Both the position numbers and the translations under genes were made by a program. DNA of 64,000 bases, from positions 256,487 to 320,486 of the forward strand of contig CAWJAW010000009.1 of NCBI GenBank assembly GCA_963840965.1. Direction: 5' to 3'. A model generated the notes under the pieces. That model saw only the letters and a list, made by a program, of their open reading frames with translations, did no database searches and was not told the origin of the DNA. Shown piece after piece: positions 20,680 to 31,954 of this stretch (positions within the stretch are counted from its first letter, which is position 1; each line of letters starts with the position of its first letter). Origin of the DNA: an uncultured Bacteroidales bacterium (GTDB taxonomy: Bacteria; Bacteroidota; Bacteroidia; Bacteroidales; VadinHA17).

Positions 20680-23600
20680 TTATAAATTAGGGGCAAGCCA
20701 CCTGGCAGCCTCTTCAACAGTCATGTTCTTCCGTGATGCATAATCCCTGAGCTGATCTTCACCTATCTTACCCACGTTGAAGTAGGAAGAAAAAGGGTGT
20801 GAGAAGATGTAACCACTCACGGCAGCCGGAGGTATCATTGCAAAATTCTCAGTCAGCCGGGCTCCGGTGTTCCCTTCCGCGTCAAGGAGGTCAAATATAA
20901 TGCGTTTTTCTGTATGATCGGGACATGCCGGATAACCGGGCGCCGGTCTGATTCCCCTGTAGCGGATCTTCAGAAGGTCATCAAGTGTCAGATCCTCCCC
21001 TGCCGCAAATCCCCATTGCTCTTTCCTCACACGTTCGTGGAGATACTCAGCAGCCGCCTCGGCAATCCGGTCGCTCAGAATTCTGATCATTATGGTTGCA
21101 TAATCATCATTTTTGTAGCTGAGCATGGCTTCATCATCGAGAGCGGCCGAAACTACAAATGCTCCGATCCAGTCGGTGAGACCGGATGACTCCGGCGCAA
21201 TATAATCTGCCAGGCAAAGATTCGGGACACCCTTCTCCTTCAGCTCCTGGTTACGGAGGAAGGTGAACACCTTCTTCACAGTCCTGCCGTTTGAGTCATC
21301 AAGAACAAGAACATCATCCCCTGATGAGACTGCCGGGAAAAGTCCGAGCACACCATTGGCTTTCAGTAGTTTCTTGTCAATGATCTCTTTCAGATACTGT
21401 TGCGCATCATCATACAGCTTTCTCGCTTCCTCTCCTTTTACAGGATCATCGAATATCGCAGGGAATTTTCCCGAGACCTTCCATGCGAAGAAGAAGAAAG
21501 TCCAGTCGATGTAATTAGCAAGGACATCCAGATCAAATTCTTCAAAAACATGGATCCCCTTTTCGGTGGGTTCTGATATCTCTTCCTGACGCCATTCAGT
21601 TACAAGCCGGTTGCTCCGGGCTTCTACCAAAGAAAGGAGCTTCTTTTCGGATTTCCTTGAATTGTGGTCGCTTAGCATCTGCCTGTACTTCTCCCTTATC
21701 GAACCTGCATAAGCAGAATTGTCTGCCTGAAGCAGCGACGACATCACTCCCGCAGCCTTGGAAGCATCCTTCACATGGATCACAGATTTGGAATAAGCTG
21801 GGGCTATCTTCACTGCCGCATGTATCTCCGATGTGGTTGCACCGCCTATAAGCAGGGGCAGACCAACATTTCTTCTTTCCATTTCCGAAGCCACATGGAC
21901 CATCTCCTCGAGCGAGGGAGTGATCAGTCCGCTAAGCCCTATCACATCGGCCTTTTCAGTTATTGCAGCATCAATTATTTTATCAGCCGGCACCATAACG
22001 CCAAGGTCGACAACCTGGTAGTTGTTGCACGACAGGACAACACCAACAATGTTCTTTCCGATATCGTGCACATCACCCTTAACTGTTGCAAGAAGGATTT
22101 TTCCGGCACTCTTTTTTTCTTCCCCTTCGCTTTCAAGTTCGATATACGGCGCAAGTACGGCCACTGCCTTTTTCATCACCCTGGCGCTCTTCACCACCTG
22201 GGGGAGGAACATCTTACCTGATCCGAAAAGATCGCCCACCTCGTTCATCCCGTCCATCAGGGGTCCTTCTATTATATCGATTGACCTTCTGAACAACGGC
22301 CTTGCTTCCTCTATATCAGTTTCGATGAACTCATCGAGTCCGCGTTTCAGCGAATGCCTAATCCTGTCGAGGACAGGACGCGAGCGCCATTCATCCGCCT
22401 TCTCTTCCTTTTTCCCCTCGCTTTTAAGGCTCTCGGCATACTTCACCAGCCGTTCGGTGGAATCCTTCCGGCGGTTCAGCACCACATCCTCGGCAAGCTG
22501 AAGGAGCCCGGGCTCTATTTCGGTGTATACCTGGAGCATGCCCGGATTTACTATTGCCATATCGAGGCCAGCCTTTATGGCATGATAAAGAAACACCGAG
22601 TGCATTGCCTCGCGGACCCTGTCGTTACCCCTGAATGAGAATGACAGGTTGCTTATGCCTCCGCTGACCTTGCAGTGCGGGAGGTTATGCTTTATCCATT
22701 CCGTGGCCTTAATGAAATTGACTGCATAGTTGTTGTGCTCCTCAATGCCGGTCGCAACCGCAAGCACATTGGGATCGAATATTATATCCTCGGGCGGGAA
22801 ACCGATTTTTTCAGTCAGGATATCGTACGATCTGCGGGCAACTGCGATTCTCTTCTCATATGTATCGGCCTGGCCCTTTTCGTCGAACAGCATAACAACT
22901 GCTGCCGCCCCGTATTTTCTAATAAGACGGGCATGTTTGAGGAACACCTCCTCCCCTTCCTTGAGGCTTATCGAGTTAACAACCGATTTCCCCTGGATGC
23001 ATTTCAGAGCTGATTCTATTATGCTCCATTTCGACGAATCGATCATCAGGGGAAGCTTTGCAATGTCGGGTTCCGACATCACCAGGTTAACGAATTTCAC
23101 CATTGCCTTCTCAGAATCGAGCATGGCCTCATCCATGCAGATATCTATTATCTGCGCGCCGCCCTCAACCTGGTTCCGGGCAATGGCAAGAGCCTCATCG
23201 TACTTCTCTTCTCTGATGAGCCTTGCAAACTTGATCGAGCCCGACACATTGGTGCGTTCGCCTATATTGACGAAGTTGGTCCGGGGAGTTATCACAAGCG
23301 CCTCGAGCCCGCTGAGTCTTGTATATCTGGTAATTTCCGGACTTTTCCTTGGCTGATAAAGTTTTGCCTTTTCAGCTATTCTCCGGATATGTTCCGGAGT
23401 TGTGCCGCAGCATCCTCCGATTATGTTCACCCAGCCCTCCTTCATAAACTCCTCAGACAACAGATGCCATGAATGAGGCCGACTGATCATATTCTCCAAA
23501 CTGGTTGGGCAGACCGGCATTGGGATGAACCGAAACATTAAAATCCGTAAGAGCCGACAATTCCTGAATATAAGGTCTTAGCTGTTCGGCACCCAGGGCA

Positions 23601-24343
23601 CAGTTCAGCCCGATGCTGAAGAGCGGAAAATGAGACACCGACACCAGGAAGGCCTGGAGAGTCTGTCCGGTGAGTGTTCTTCCGCTTGCGTCGGTAATCG
23701 TTCCGGAAACCATCACCGGAAGACGGATTCCCCTCTCCTCGAAGATTGTCTCAATGGCATACAGGGCTGCCTTGCAGTTCAGTACATCAAAGATCGTCTC
23801 AACCATCAGGATATGTACCCCGCCGTCAATAAGTCCTGCTGCCTGTTCCCTGTAGGCCTCGGCAAGCTGGTCAAAACTGACCAGTCTGGCACCAGGATCA
23901 TTCACATCCGACGACATCGAGGCCGTGCGGTTCGTTGGACCGAGGGTTCCGACAATGAAATGGAAAGCGGGCTTCTCCGAGTTCTCAAAAAGGGTTATAG
24001 CCTTTTCAGCAAGCTTCGCCGAATAGAAATTCATATCATAAACCTGATCCTCCATGCCGTAGTCGGCCATCGATATCCTGTTTGAATTGAAGGTGTTCGT
24101 GGTGATCAGGTCGGCACCTGCTTCAAGATAGCCCTTGTGAATCTCCAGGATAACATCAGGCTTCGTTATTGAAAGGATGTCATTGTTCCCTTTCAGCGGA
24201 AGGGGATGATCCCTGAATTTTTCACCCCGGTAATCGGCCTCCTGAAGCTTGTACTTCTGAATCATCGTACCCATGGCTCCGTCGAGAACCAGGATTCGGT
24301 TGGTGATCAGGGATTCGAGTTTTTGTTTCATAATTAATTTCAT
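20680..24343 (-). pseudogene. metH: cobalamin-dependent methionine synthase, frame-broken
   Basis: The Hcy-binding N-terminal ORF (23453..24343, ..[20 protein letters not shown]) continues in another frame as [26 protein letters not shown] (20680..23538). The break is one extra nucleotide near 23467-23468. Pterin, B12 (DVHDIGKN) and AdoMet-activation domains are present. Confidence 0.9.
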
Positions 24344-24381
24344 TATTCAGGTTATACACCTTTTGCCGTTCAACTTCCTTT

Positions 24382-24512
24382 TACCCCCTGCCCCCCAAGG
24401 GGGGTTCTTCTTGCCCCCCTTGGGGGGTTGGGGGTTAGCCACCACTCCGGGGGGTTGAGGGAACTGTTTGTTGTTGATGACTCACATCCCATTGCACCCA
24501 CCCCCTGCCCCC

Positions 24513-24520
<8 letters not shown>
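24382..24520. repeat. GC-rich palindrome cluster
   Basis: TACCCCCTGCCCCCCAAGGGGGG (24382-24404), CCCCCCTTGGGGGG (24414-24427) and CCCCCTTAGGGGG (24508-24520, overlapping the hom stop). Confidence 0.85.
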
Positions 24521-27068
<2,548 letters not shown>

Positions 27069-27135
27069 GGCGTGCGGTATGCGGCTTGCGGCGCGAGGCG
27101 TGTGGCATTAGGAGCGAAGCATGCGGTGAATGAAT

Positions 27136-27168
27136 TACCGCGTACCGCGTACCTCGTACCGCGAACCG
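27136..27168. repeat. 7-nt tandem array (TACCGCG-like) x4.5
   Basis: taccgcg taccgcg tacctcg taccgcg aaccg. Confidence 0.85.
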
Positions 27169-27201
27169 TAAACACAAATACCGGATCGATATTGTCAAGG
27201 C

Positions 27202-27294
27202 TTACTGCCCCATGCCCATAGGCATGAGCGGCTTTTGAAGGTCCTGACTGATCTGAAAAAAATGTTTCATTGTCATAGTGTTCATTTTTATCAT
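27202..27294 (-). CDS. candidate Met-rich upstream ORF (30 codons)
   Basis: MIKMNTMTMKHFFQISQDLQKPLMPMGMGQ has 7 Met in 30 residues. The first AUG lies inside the 3' strand of riboswitch helix P1 (GAUGAUAA). There is no homology evidence. Confidence 0.3.
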   Translation of the reverse strand: MIKMNTMTMKHFFQISQDLQKPLMPMGMGQ

Positions 27295-27397
27295 CTCCCG
27301 TTTTGCCGGGATTAGGTTTTGGCACCTTTCTCCCGATTGGCCGGGATTGGTTGCCAGGGTTTCACAGAGCCTAATCTCTCCGCCCTTCTTAATAAAA
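27286..27397 (-). promoter_or_regulatory. SAM-I (S-box) riboswitch
   Basis: The minus strand reads UUAUUAAGAAGGGCGGAGAGAUUAGGCUCUGUGAAACCCUGGCAACC-AAUCCCGGCCAAUCGGGAGAAA-GGUGCCAAAACCUAA-UCCCGGCAAAACGGGA-GAUGAUAA. This matches the S-box core (GGnGGAGnGA, UGAAaCCC, GGCAACC, GGUGCYAA) with P1-P4 pairings. It lies upstream of metY-hom-metH-metF. Confidence 0.8.
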
Positions 27398-27439
27398 ATC
27401 AAACACCCTTAAATGGAAGGAATATTTGATTTGTGGCCA

Positions 27440-27470
27440 CAAATGTAAGAATGATTTTGGAAAAAACAAA
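27440..27470 (-). promoter_or_regulatory. candidate Bacteroidota sigma-A promoter (-33 TTTG / -7 TACATTTG)
   Basis: On the minus strand TTTG (27470-27467), a 19-nt spacer, then TACATTTG (27447-27440). It sits about 40 nt upstream of the riboswitch. Consensus is recalled from Bacteroides promoter studies. Confidence 0.4.
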
Positions 27471-27475
27471 AAAAC

Positions 27476-27579
27476 GGTACGCGGTATGCGGTACGCGGTA
27501 TGCGGTACAGCGGTATGCGGTATGCGGTATGCGGTACGCGGTATGCGGTATGCGGTATGCGGTACGCGGTAAGCGGTAA
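27476..27579. repeat. 7-nt tandem array (GGTAYGC) about x14
   Basis: ggtacgc/ggtatgc units run without interruption apart from one 8-nt unit. This is the left arm flanking the four-helix-bundle gene. Confidence 0.9.
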
Positions 27580-27628
27580 GAAGTACAAAGGTTGGTGACC
27601 TGCTGGTTAATTTCCAAAAGAAAATTCC

Positions 27629-27982
27629 TTACTTTTTTCTTGATAAGATTAACCTTGTTAGCATCGATGATATTTTATCGCATTCATCAACCAGTTGTTC
27701 CTGAGTTGACTTATCAACATATCCAATTTCAGATGCTATGATAAGCTGAGTCATCAGTTCAGCGGTAGATCCTTTTGCAATAAATAAGTATCGTATTGAA
27801 AGTCTGTTCGATCCCGATTCGTCTCCTTCAGCAATATTGCTGGAAATACTAACAGCGGCTCTTTGAATCTGATCCCTGAATCCAAAATCTCTCTTAAAAA
27901 ATTGATTTTGTGTTAGTTTATAGATCTTAACGGCAAGATCCCTGGCAATTTGCCAAACCTTAAGTTCCATGAAGTTTCCCAT
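27629..27982 (-). CDS. four-helix-bundle protein (23S rRNA intervening-sequence protein / S23p / Avd-like family)
   Basis: ELKVWQIARDLAVKIYKLT..FGFRDQIQRAAVSISSNIAEG....YLFIAKGSTAELMTQLIIA is the hallmark pattern of this family. 117 aa. Confidence 0.85.
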   Translation of the reverse strand: MGNFMELKVWQIARDLAVKIYKLTQNQFFKRDFGFRDQIQRAAVSISSNIAEGDESGSNRLSIRYLFIAKGSTAELMTQLIIASEIGYVDKSTQEQLVDECDKISSMLTRLILSRKK

Positions 27983-28065
27983 GATGCAGCGATTTAAAGA
28001 TTAATAAATTAATTAGCACGATATCCAAATATAATAAGAAACTTCACGCCGAGTACCACGCACAT

Positions 28066-28165
28066 CTTAATTCTTACCGCGTACCGCGTACCTCTTAACT
28101 CTTACCGCGTACCGCACACCGCGTACCGCGTACCTCTTAATTCTTGCCGCGTACCGCGTACCGCT
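28066..28165. repeat. higher-order array built on CGCGTACC (inverse of GGTAYGC)
   Basis: Three units of CTTAAYTCTTRCCGCGTACCGCGTACC(T). This is the right arm flanking the four-helix-bundle gene. Confidence 0.9.
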
Positions 28166-28218
28166 CTCAGTACAAAACTTAAAATTTTACACTACTTTTG
28201 CCTTAAATACCGGCATTA

Positions 28219-29688
28219 ATGCAACACTTATTATCGATCTACAACAGCCTTACCCGGCAAAAAGAAATCTTTGAGCCTCTTCACCCGCCTTTTGCGGGGA
28301 TGTATGTCTGCGGACCAACGGTTTACAGCAACGCTCATCTCGGACATGCACGTCCTGCGATAACCTTCGACCTGCTGTTCCGTTACCTGTCGCATCTGGG
28401 ATACAGGGTGAGGTATGTCAGGAATATAACCGATGTGGGTCACCTCGAGAATGATGCCGATGAAGGTGAGGACAAGATTGAAAAGACAGCAAGGCTTCAG
28501 AATCTCGAGCCCATGGAAGTGGTTCAGAACTATATGAACACCTTTCACAAGAACATGGATCAGCTCAACACCCTTAAGCCTTCGATCGAGCCAAGGGCAT
28601 CGGGACATATCATCGAACAGCAGGAATTCATCAGGCAGCTGCTGGATAAAGGCTATGCCTATGAAGTGAACGGATCGGTATATTTTGATGTTGAGAAGTA
28701 TAACAAGCAGTACAGGTACGGCAAGCTTTCGGGAAGGATACTCGAGGACCTGATGGCAAATACGAGGGTACTCGAGGGACAGCAGGAGAAACGCAATCCG
28801 GTTGACTTTGCCCTCTGGAAGAAGGCCACTCCGGAGCATCTCATGAGATGGCCTTCGGAATGGAGCGCAGGATATCCCGGCTGGCACCTCGAATGCTCGG
28901 CGATGAGTATTAAATATCTCGGGGATGTTTTCGATATACATGGCGGAGGGATGGATCTCCAGTTCCCGCATCACGACTGCGAGATAGCGCAATCGACGGC
29001 TGCACTTGGAAAGGAATCAGTAAGGTACTGGGTTCACAATAACATGATCACCATCAACGGCCAGAAGATGGCCCGTTCGCTGGGTAATTTCATCACACTC
29101 GACCAGTTCTTCAGCGGCGATCACCCCCTGCTCGAACAGGCTTTCAGTCCGATGACAGTCAGGTTCTTCATCCTTCAGGCGCATTACCGCAGCACGCTCG
29201 ATTTCTCGAACGAAGCCCTCGGGGCAGCCGGGAAGGGATACCAGAAGCTGATGAAAGCCATTGAGACACTCAACACCCTTAAACCCACCGCCAATCCCAC
29301 CGTGGATGTTAAAGATCTATCCTTAAGATGCTCCGAAGCAATGAATGACGACCTCAACACACCCATTCTTATCTCGCACCTTTTTGACGGAGTAAGGATC
29401 ATCAATTCCGTGAATGACGGAACGGAGACGATTGACGAGAAGGGTATCGAATCACTCAGGAAAATTTTTGATAATTATGTATTTCAGATTCTGGGGCTCA
29501 GGGACGAGACAAAAGACACCAAGTCCGATGATCTTGCAGATGAACTAATGAAGATAATCATTGATCTCCGTCAGGACGCCAGAACCAAAAAGGATTTCGG
29601 CACATCAGATAAGATAAGGGATGAACTGAAAAAAGCAGGTATTATCCTTAAGGATATGAAAGAGGGGGTCAGGTGGTCAATGGAGTAG
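28219..29688 (+). CDS. cysS: cysteine--tRNA ligase
   Basis: [18 protein letters not shown] (HIGH), KMARSLGN (KMSKS), and Zn-binding residues in [19 protein letters not shown]. Confidence 0.95.
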   Translation: MQHLLSIYNSLTRQKEIFEPLHPPFAGMYVCGPTVYSNAHLGHARPAITFDLLFRYLSHLGYRVRYVRNITDVGHLENDADEGEDKIEKTARLQNLEPMEVVQNYMNTFHKNMDQLNTLKPSIEPRASGHIIEQQEFIRQLLDKGYAYEVNGSVYFDVEKYNKQYRYGKLSGRILEDLMANTRVLEGQQEKRNPVDFALWKKATPEHLMRWPSEWSAGYPGWHLECSAMSIKYLGDVFDIHGGGMDLQFPHHDCEIAQSTAALGKESVRYWVHNNMITINGQKMARSLGNFITLDQFFSGDHPLLEQAFSPMTVRFFILQAHYRSTLDFSNEALGAAGKGYQKLMKAIETLNTLKPTANPTVDVKDLSLRCSEAMNDDLNTPILISHLFDGVRIINSVNDGTETIDEKGIESLRKIFDNYVFQILGLRDETKDTKSDDLADELMKIIIDLRQDARTKKDFGTSDKIRDELKKAGIILKDMKEGVRWSME

Positions 29689-30272
29689 AAACGGATCCCC
29701 TCCTCGGAGGGGTTGGGGGTGGGTTAAGACAATGTGAGAGTGAGAGCGGGAGTGAGTAGAAAAACGTAATGGTAAACGGATCCCCTCCTCGGAGGGGTAG
29801 GGGTGGGTTAATAGTTATTATATAAATAATTATATGTCAAAAAAACGCAAAATCATCCCATATAATCCGGAACTTAAAGACCTGGCAAGTCAGCTCAGAA
29901 AGAATATGACTCTTTCAGAGGTTTTGCTCTGGATCGAGCTGAAAAATAAACAAATTCTTGGTTATGATTTTGACCGTCAGATTCCAATTGGGGATTACAT
30001 TGTCGATTTTTATTGCAAGGATTTAAGTCTGGCCGTTGAGATTGACGGGGATACTCATATATTCAAGTACGACGATGATGAGGTGAGGCAAAAGAATCTG
30101 GAGAAACTGGGTGTTCATTTTCTGAGATTTGAGGATATTGAGGTAAAAAAGAATATGGGGAATGTTCTGAGGGTTATTGAGGATTGGATTGAAAGAAGAA
30201 GACCCACCCCTACCCCTCCAAAGGAGGGGATCCTTAGAGAACCCACACCGAGCCCTCCAAAGGAGGGGATCC
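29689..30272 (+). mobile_element. DUF559-endonuclease mini-cassette bounded by duplicated terminal inverted repeats
   Basis: Left side: AAACGGATCCCCTCCTCGGAGGGGTWGGGGTGGGTTAA x2 (29689-29727, 29774-29811). Right side: the inverse copies ACCCACMCCKASCCCTCCAAAGGAGGGGATCC x2 (30202-30233, 30241-30272). The DUF559 ORF lies between them. Confidence 0.55.
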
Positions 30273-31795
30273 TTAGAGGACATATTTCTGCACCTGTTTT
30301 TGTTGGAAAACTTGCCATTGGCGGCACAAATCCTATCCGTATTCAGTCAATGACCAACACCGACACTCTCGACACCAAAGCCTCCGTTGCACAATGCATC
30401 AGAATAATTGAAGCCGGTGCCGACCTGGTGCGCCTTACTGCCCAGGGGATGAGGGAGGCGGCTTATCTTGCAAACATTAAAGCGGAACTGAGGAAGGCCG
30501 GATTTGAGACACCGCTTGTTGCGGATATTCATTTCAATCCCTCGGCCGCTGAACTTGCAGCAAGTATTGTCGAAAAGGTAAGGGTTAATCCGGGTAACTA
30601 TGCCGACAAGAGAGCATCATTCATAAAAGTGGAGTTCTCCGAACAGGAATACCGCGAGGAACTCGAAAGGATACACAAAAGGATATTGCCGCTTATCAAC
30701 ATATGCCACGAACACGGTACGGCTGTAAGGATAGGGGTCAATCACGGTTCACTGTCCGACAGGATAATGACCCGCTATGGCAACACCCCCGAGGGGATGG
30801 CAGTGTCGGCAATGGAATTCATAAGAATATTCCGGGCGGAGAATTTTCATAAGCTGGTACTGTCGATGAAATCGAGCGATACCGGCATAATGATAAAGTC
30901 TACCCACCGTTTGGTTGAGATGATGAAGGAGGAAGGATTCGCGTATCCTCTTCACCTGGGAGTGACCGAGGCAGGCGAAGGTGAGGATGGAAGGATAAGA
31001 TCATCGGCCGGCATCGGAGCGCTGCTGGCTGAAGGTATTGGCGATACTATCAGGGTTTCGCTGTCGGAAGCTCCCGAGAAAGAGATACCGGTGGCAAGGG
31101 AAATCCTGAATTTCCTTGCAGGTTCAGCCGGACGGGTAACAGATCCTGACAGCATCCTTGATTTCAAAACACACACTAAGCCATATAAGCCGGAAGTGGT
31201 GACTAATAATGACGGCATGTTTTCAGGAGAAGAAAATCAATGTTATAACAATGTTATAACGTTGTCAAAAGACAGTTTACCGCCTCCAGATATATTTAAA
31301 TATGAAGATGTTATCCTGAACGGAGAATTCAACGAGGATAACCCGGAAAAGCTGGCAATCGACTCAGCCGCCCTTCTTGGAAGATACTTCATCACACGTC
31401 AGGCTGGCGGAATATGCATCACGAACAAGGGAAAAATCAAAGGAGACAAGCTGAAGGAGCTTTCATTTTCAATTCTGCAGGCAACCGGAGCAAGGATTAC
31501 AAGGGTGGTTTATCTGTCATGTCCCACCTGCGGCCGGACCAGGTTCGATCTTCAGGAGGCGGTGAGGGAGGTGAAGGCTGTAACCGGTCACCTGACAGGA
31601 CTGAAGATTGCAGTGATGGGATGCATAGTGAACGGTCCGGGCGAAATGGCCGATGCGGATTACGGATACGTTGGGGCGGGGAACGGGAAGGTGCATATCT
31701 ACCGGGGAACAACCCAGGTGTTAAAGAACATTCCGCAGGAATCGGCTGCTGAAGCTTTACTGGCTCTTATTGAGAATGATCAGAGAGCGACGTGA
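29834..31795 (+). CDS. ispG: in-frame fusion ORF: N-terminal DUF559 (Vsr-fold endonuclease-like) domain + 4-hydroxy-3-methylbut-2-enyl diphosphate synthase
   Basis: Residues 1-125 (LRKNMTLSEVLLWIELKNKQILGYDFDRQIPIGDYIVDFYCKDLSLAVEIDGDTH..LRFEDIEV) are DUF559. The linker PTPTPPKEGILREPTPSPPKEGILRG is a translated repeat. Then IGGTNPIRIQSMTNTDT...GCIVNGPGEMADADYGYVG is IspG with the long Bacteroidota-type insert. There is no ATG/GTG/TTG between the repeat and the IspG core. Confidence 0.85.
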   Translation: MSKKRKIIPYNPELKDLASQLRKNMTLSEVLLWIELKNKQILGYDFDRQIPIGDYIVDFYCKDLSLAVEIDGDTHIFKYDDDEVRQKNLEKLGVHFLRFEDIEVKKNMGNVLRVIEDWIERRRPTPTPPKEGILREPTPSPPKEGILRGHISAPVFVGKLAIGGTNPIRIQSMTNTDTLDTKASVAQCIRIIEAGADLVRLTAQGMREAAYLANIKAELRKAGFETPLVADIHFNPSAAELAASIVEKVRVNPGNYADKRASFIKVEFSEQEYREELERIHKRILPLINICHEHGTAVRIGVNHGSLSDRIMTRYGNTPEGMAVSAMEFIRIFRAENFHKLVLSMKSSDTGIMIKSTHRLVEMMKEEGFAYPLHLGVTEAGEGEDGRIRSSAGIGALLAEGIGDTIRVSLSEAPEKEIPVAREILNFLAGSAGRVTDPDSILDFKTHTKPYKPEVVTNNDGMFSGEENQCYNNVITLSKDSLPPPDIFKYEDVILNGEFNEDNPEKLAIDSAALLGRYFITRQAGGICITNKGKIKGDKLKELSFSILQATGARITRVVYLSCPTCGRTRFDLQEAVREVKAVTGHLTGLKIAVMGCIVNGPGEMADADYGYVGAGNGKVHIYRGTTQVLKNIPQESAAEALLALIENDQRAT

Positions 31796-31810
31796 ATTGC
31801 TTCTGAAAAC

Positions 31811-31846
31811 GTCTTGCGGTCTTGCTGTCCTGCAGTCCTGCGGTCG
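31811..31846. repeat. GTCYTGCRG-type short repeats
   Basis: gtcttgcggtcttgctgtcctgcagtcctgcggtcg. The related 16-mer array at 46169-46204 is in inverse orientation. Confidence 0.7.
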
Positions 31847-31954
31847 TTACAGATTGTTTATCAGCATAAATCTGTGGGATTTCACTCTACGTAAAATGCG
31901 AGAAGCTTTTTCTTTTTCGTATTCACACCCTGAGGCCTTAATGCCTTAACGCCC

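Noticed and set aside
27476-27579. Possibility that the tandem arrays are CRISPR arrays.
   Set aside because: The units are 7-16 nt and directly abutting, with no unique spacers. No cas genes are in the window.
27629-27982. Diversity-generating retroelement, suggested by the Avd-like four-helix-bundle protein.
   Set aside because: No reverse transcriptase ORF and no template/variable repeat pair with adenine-specific mismatches are visible anywhere in the window.
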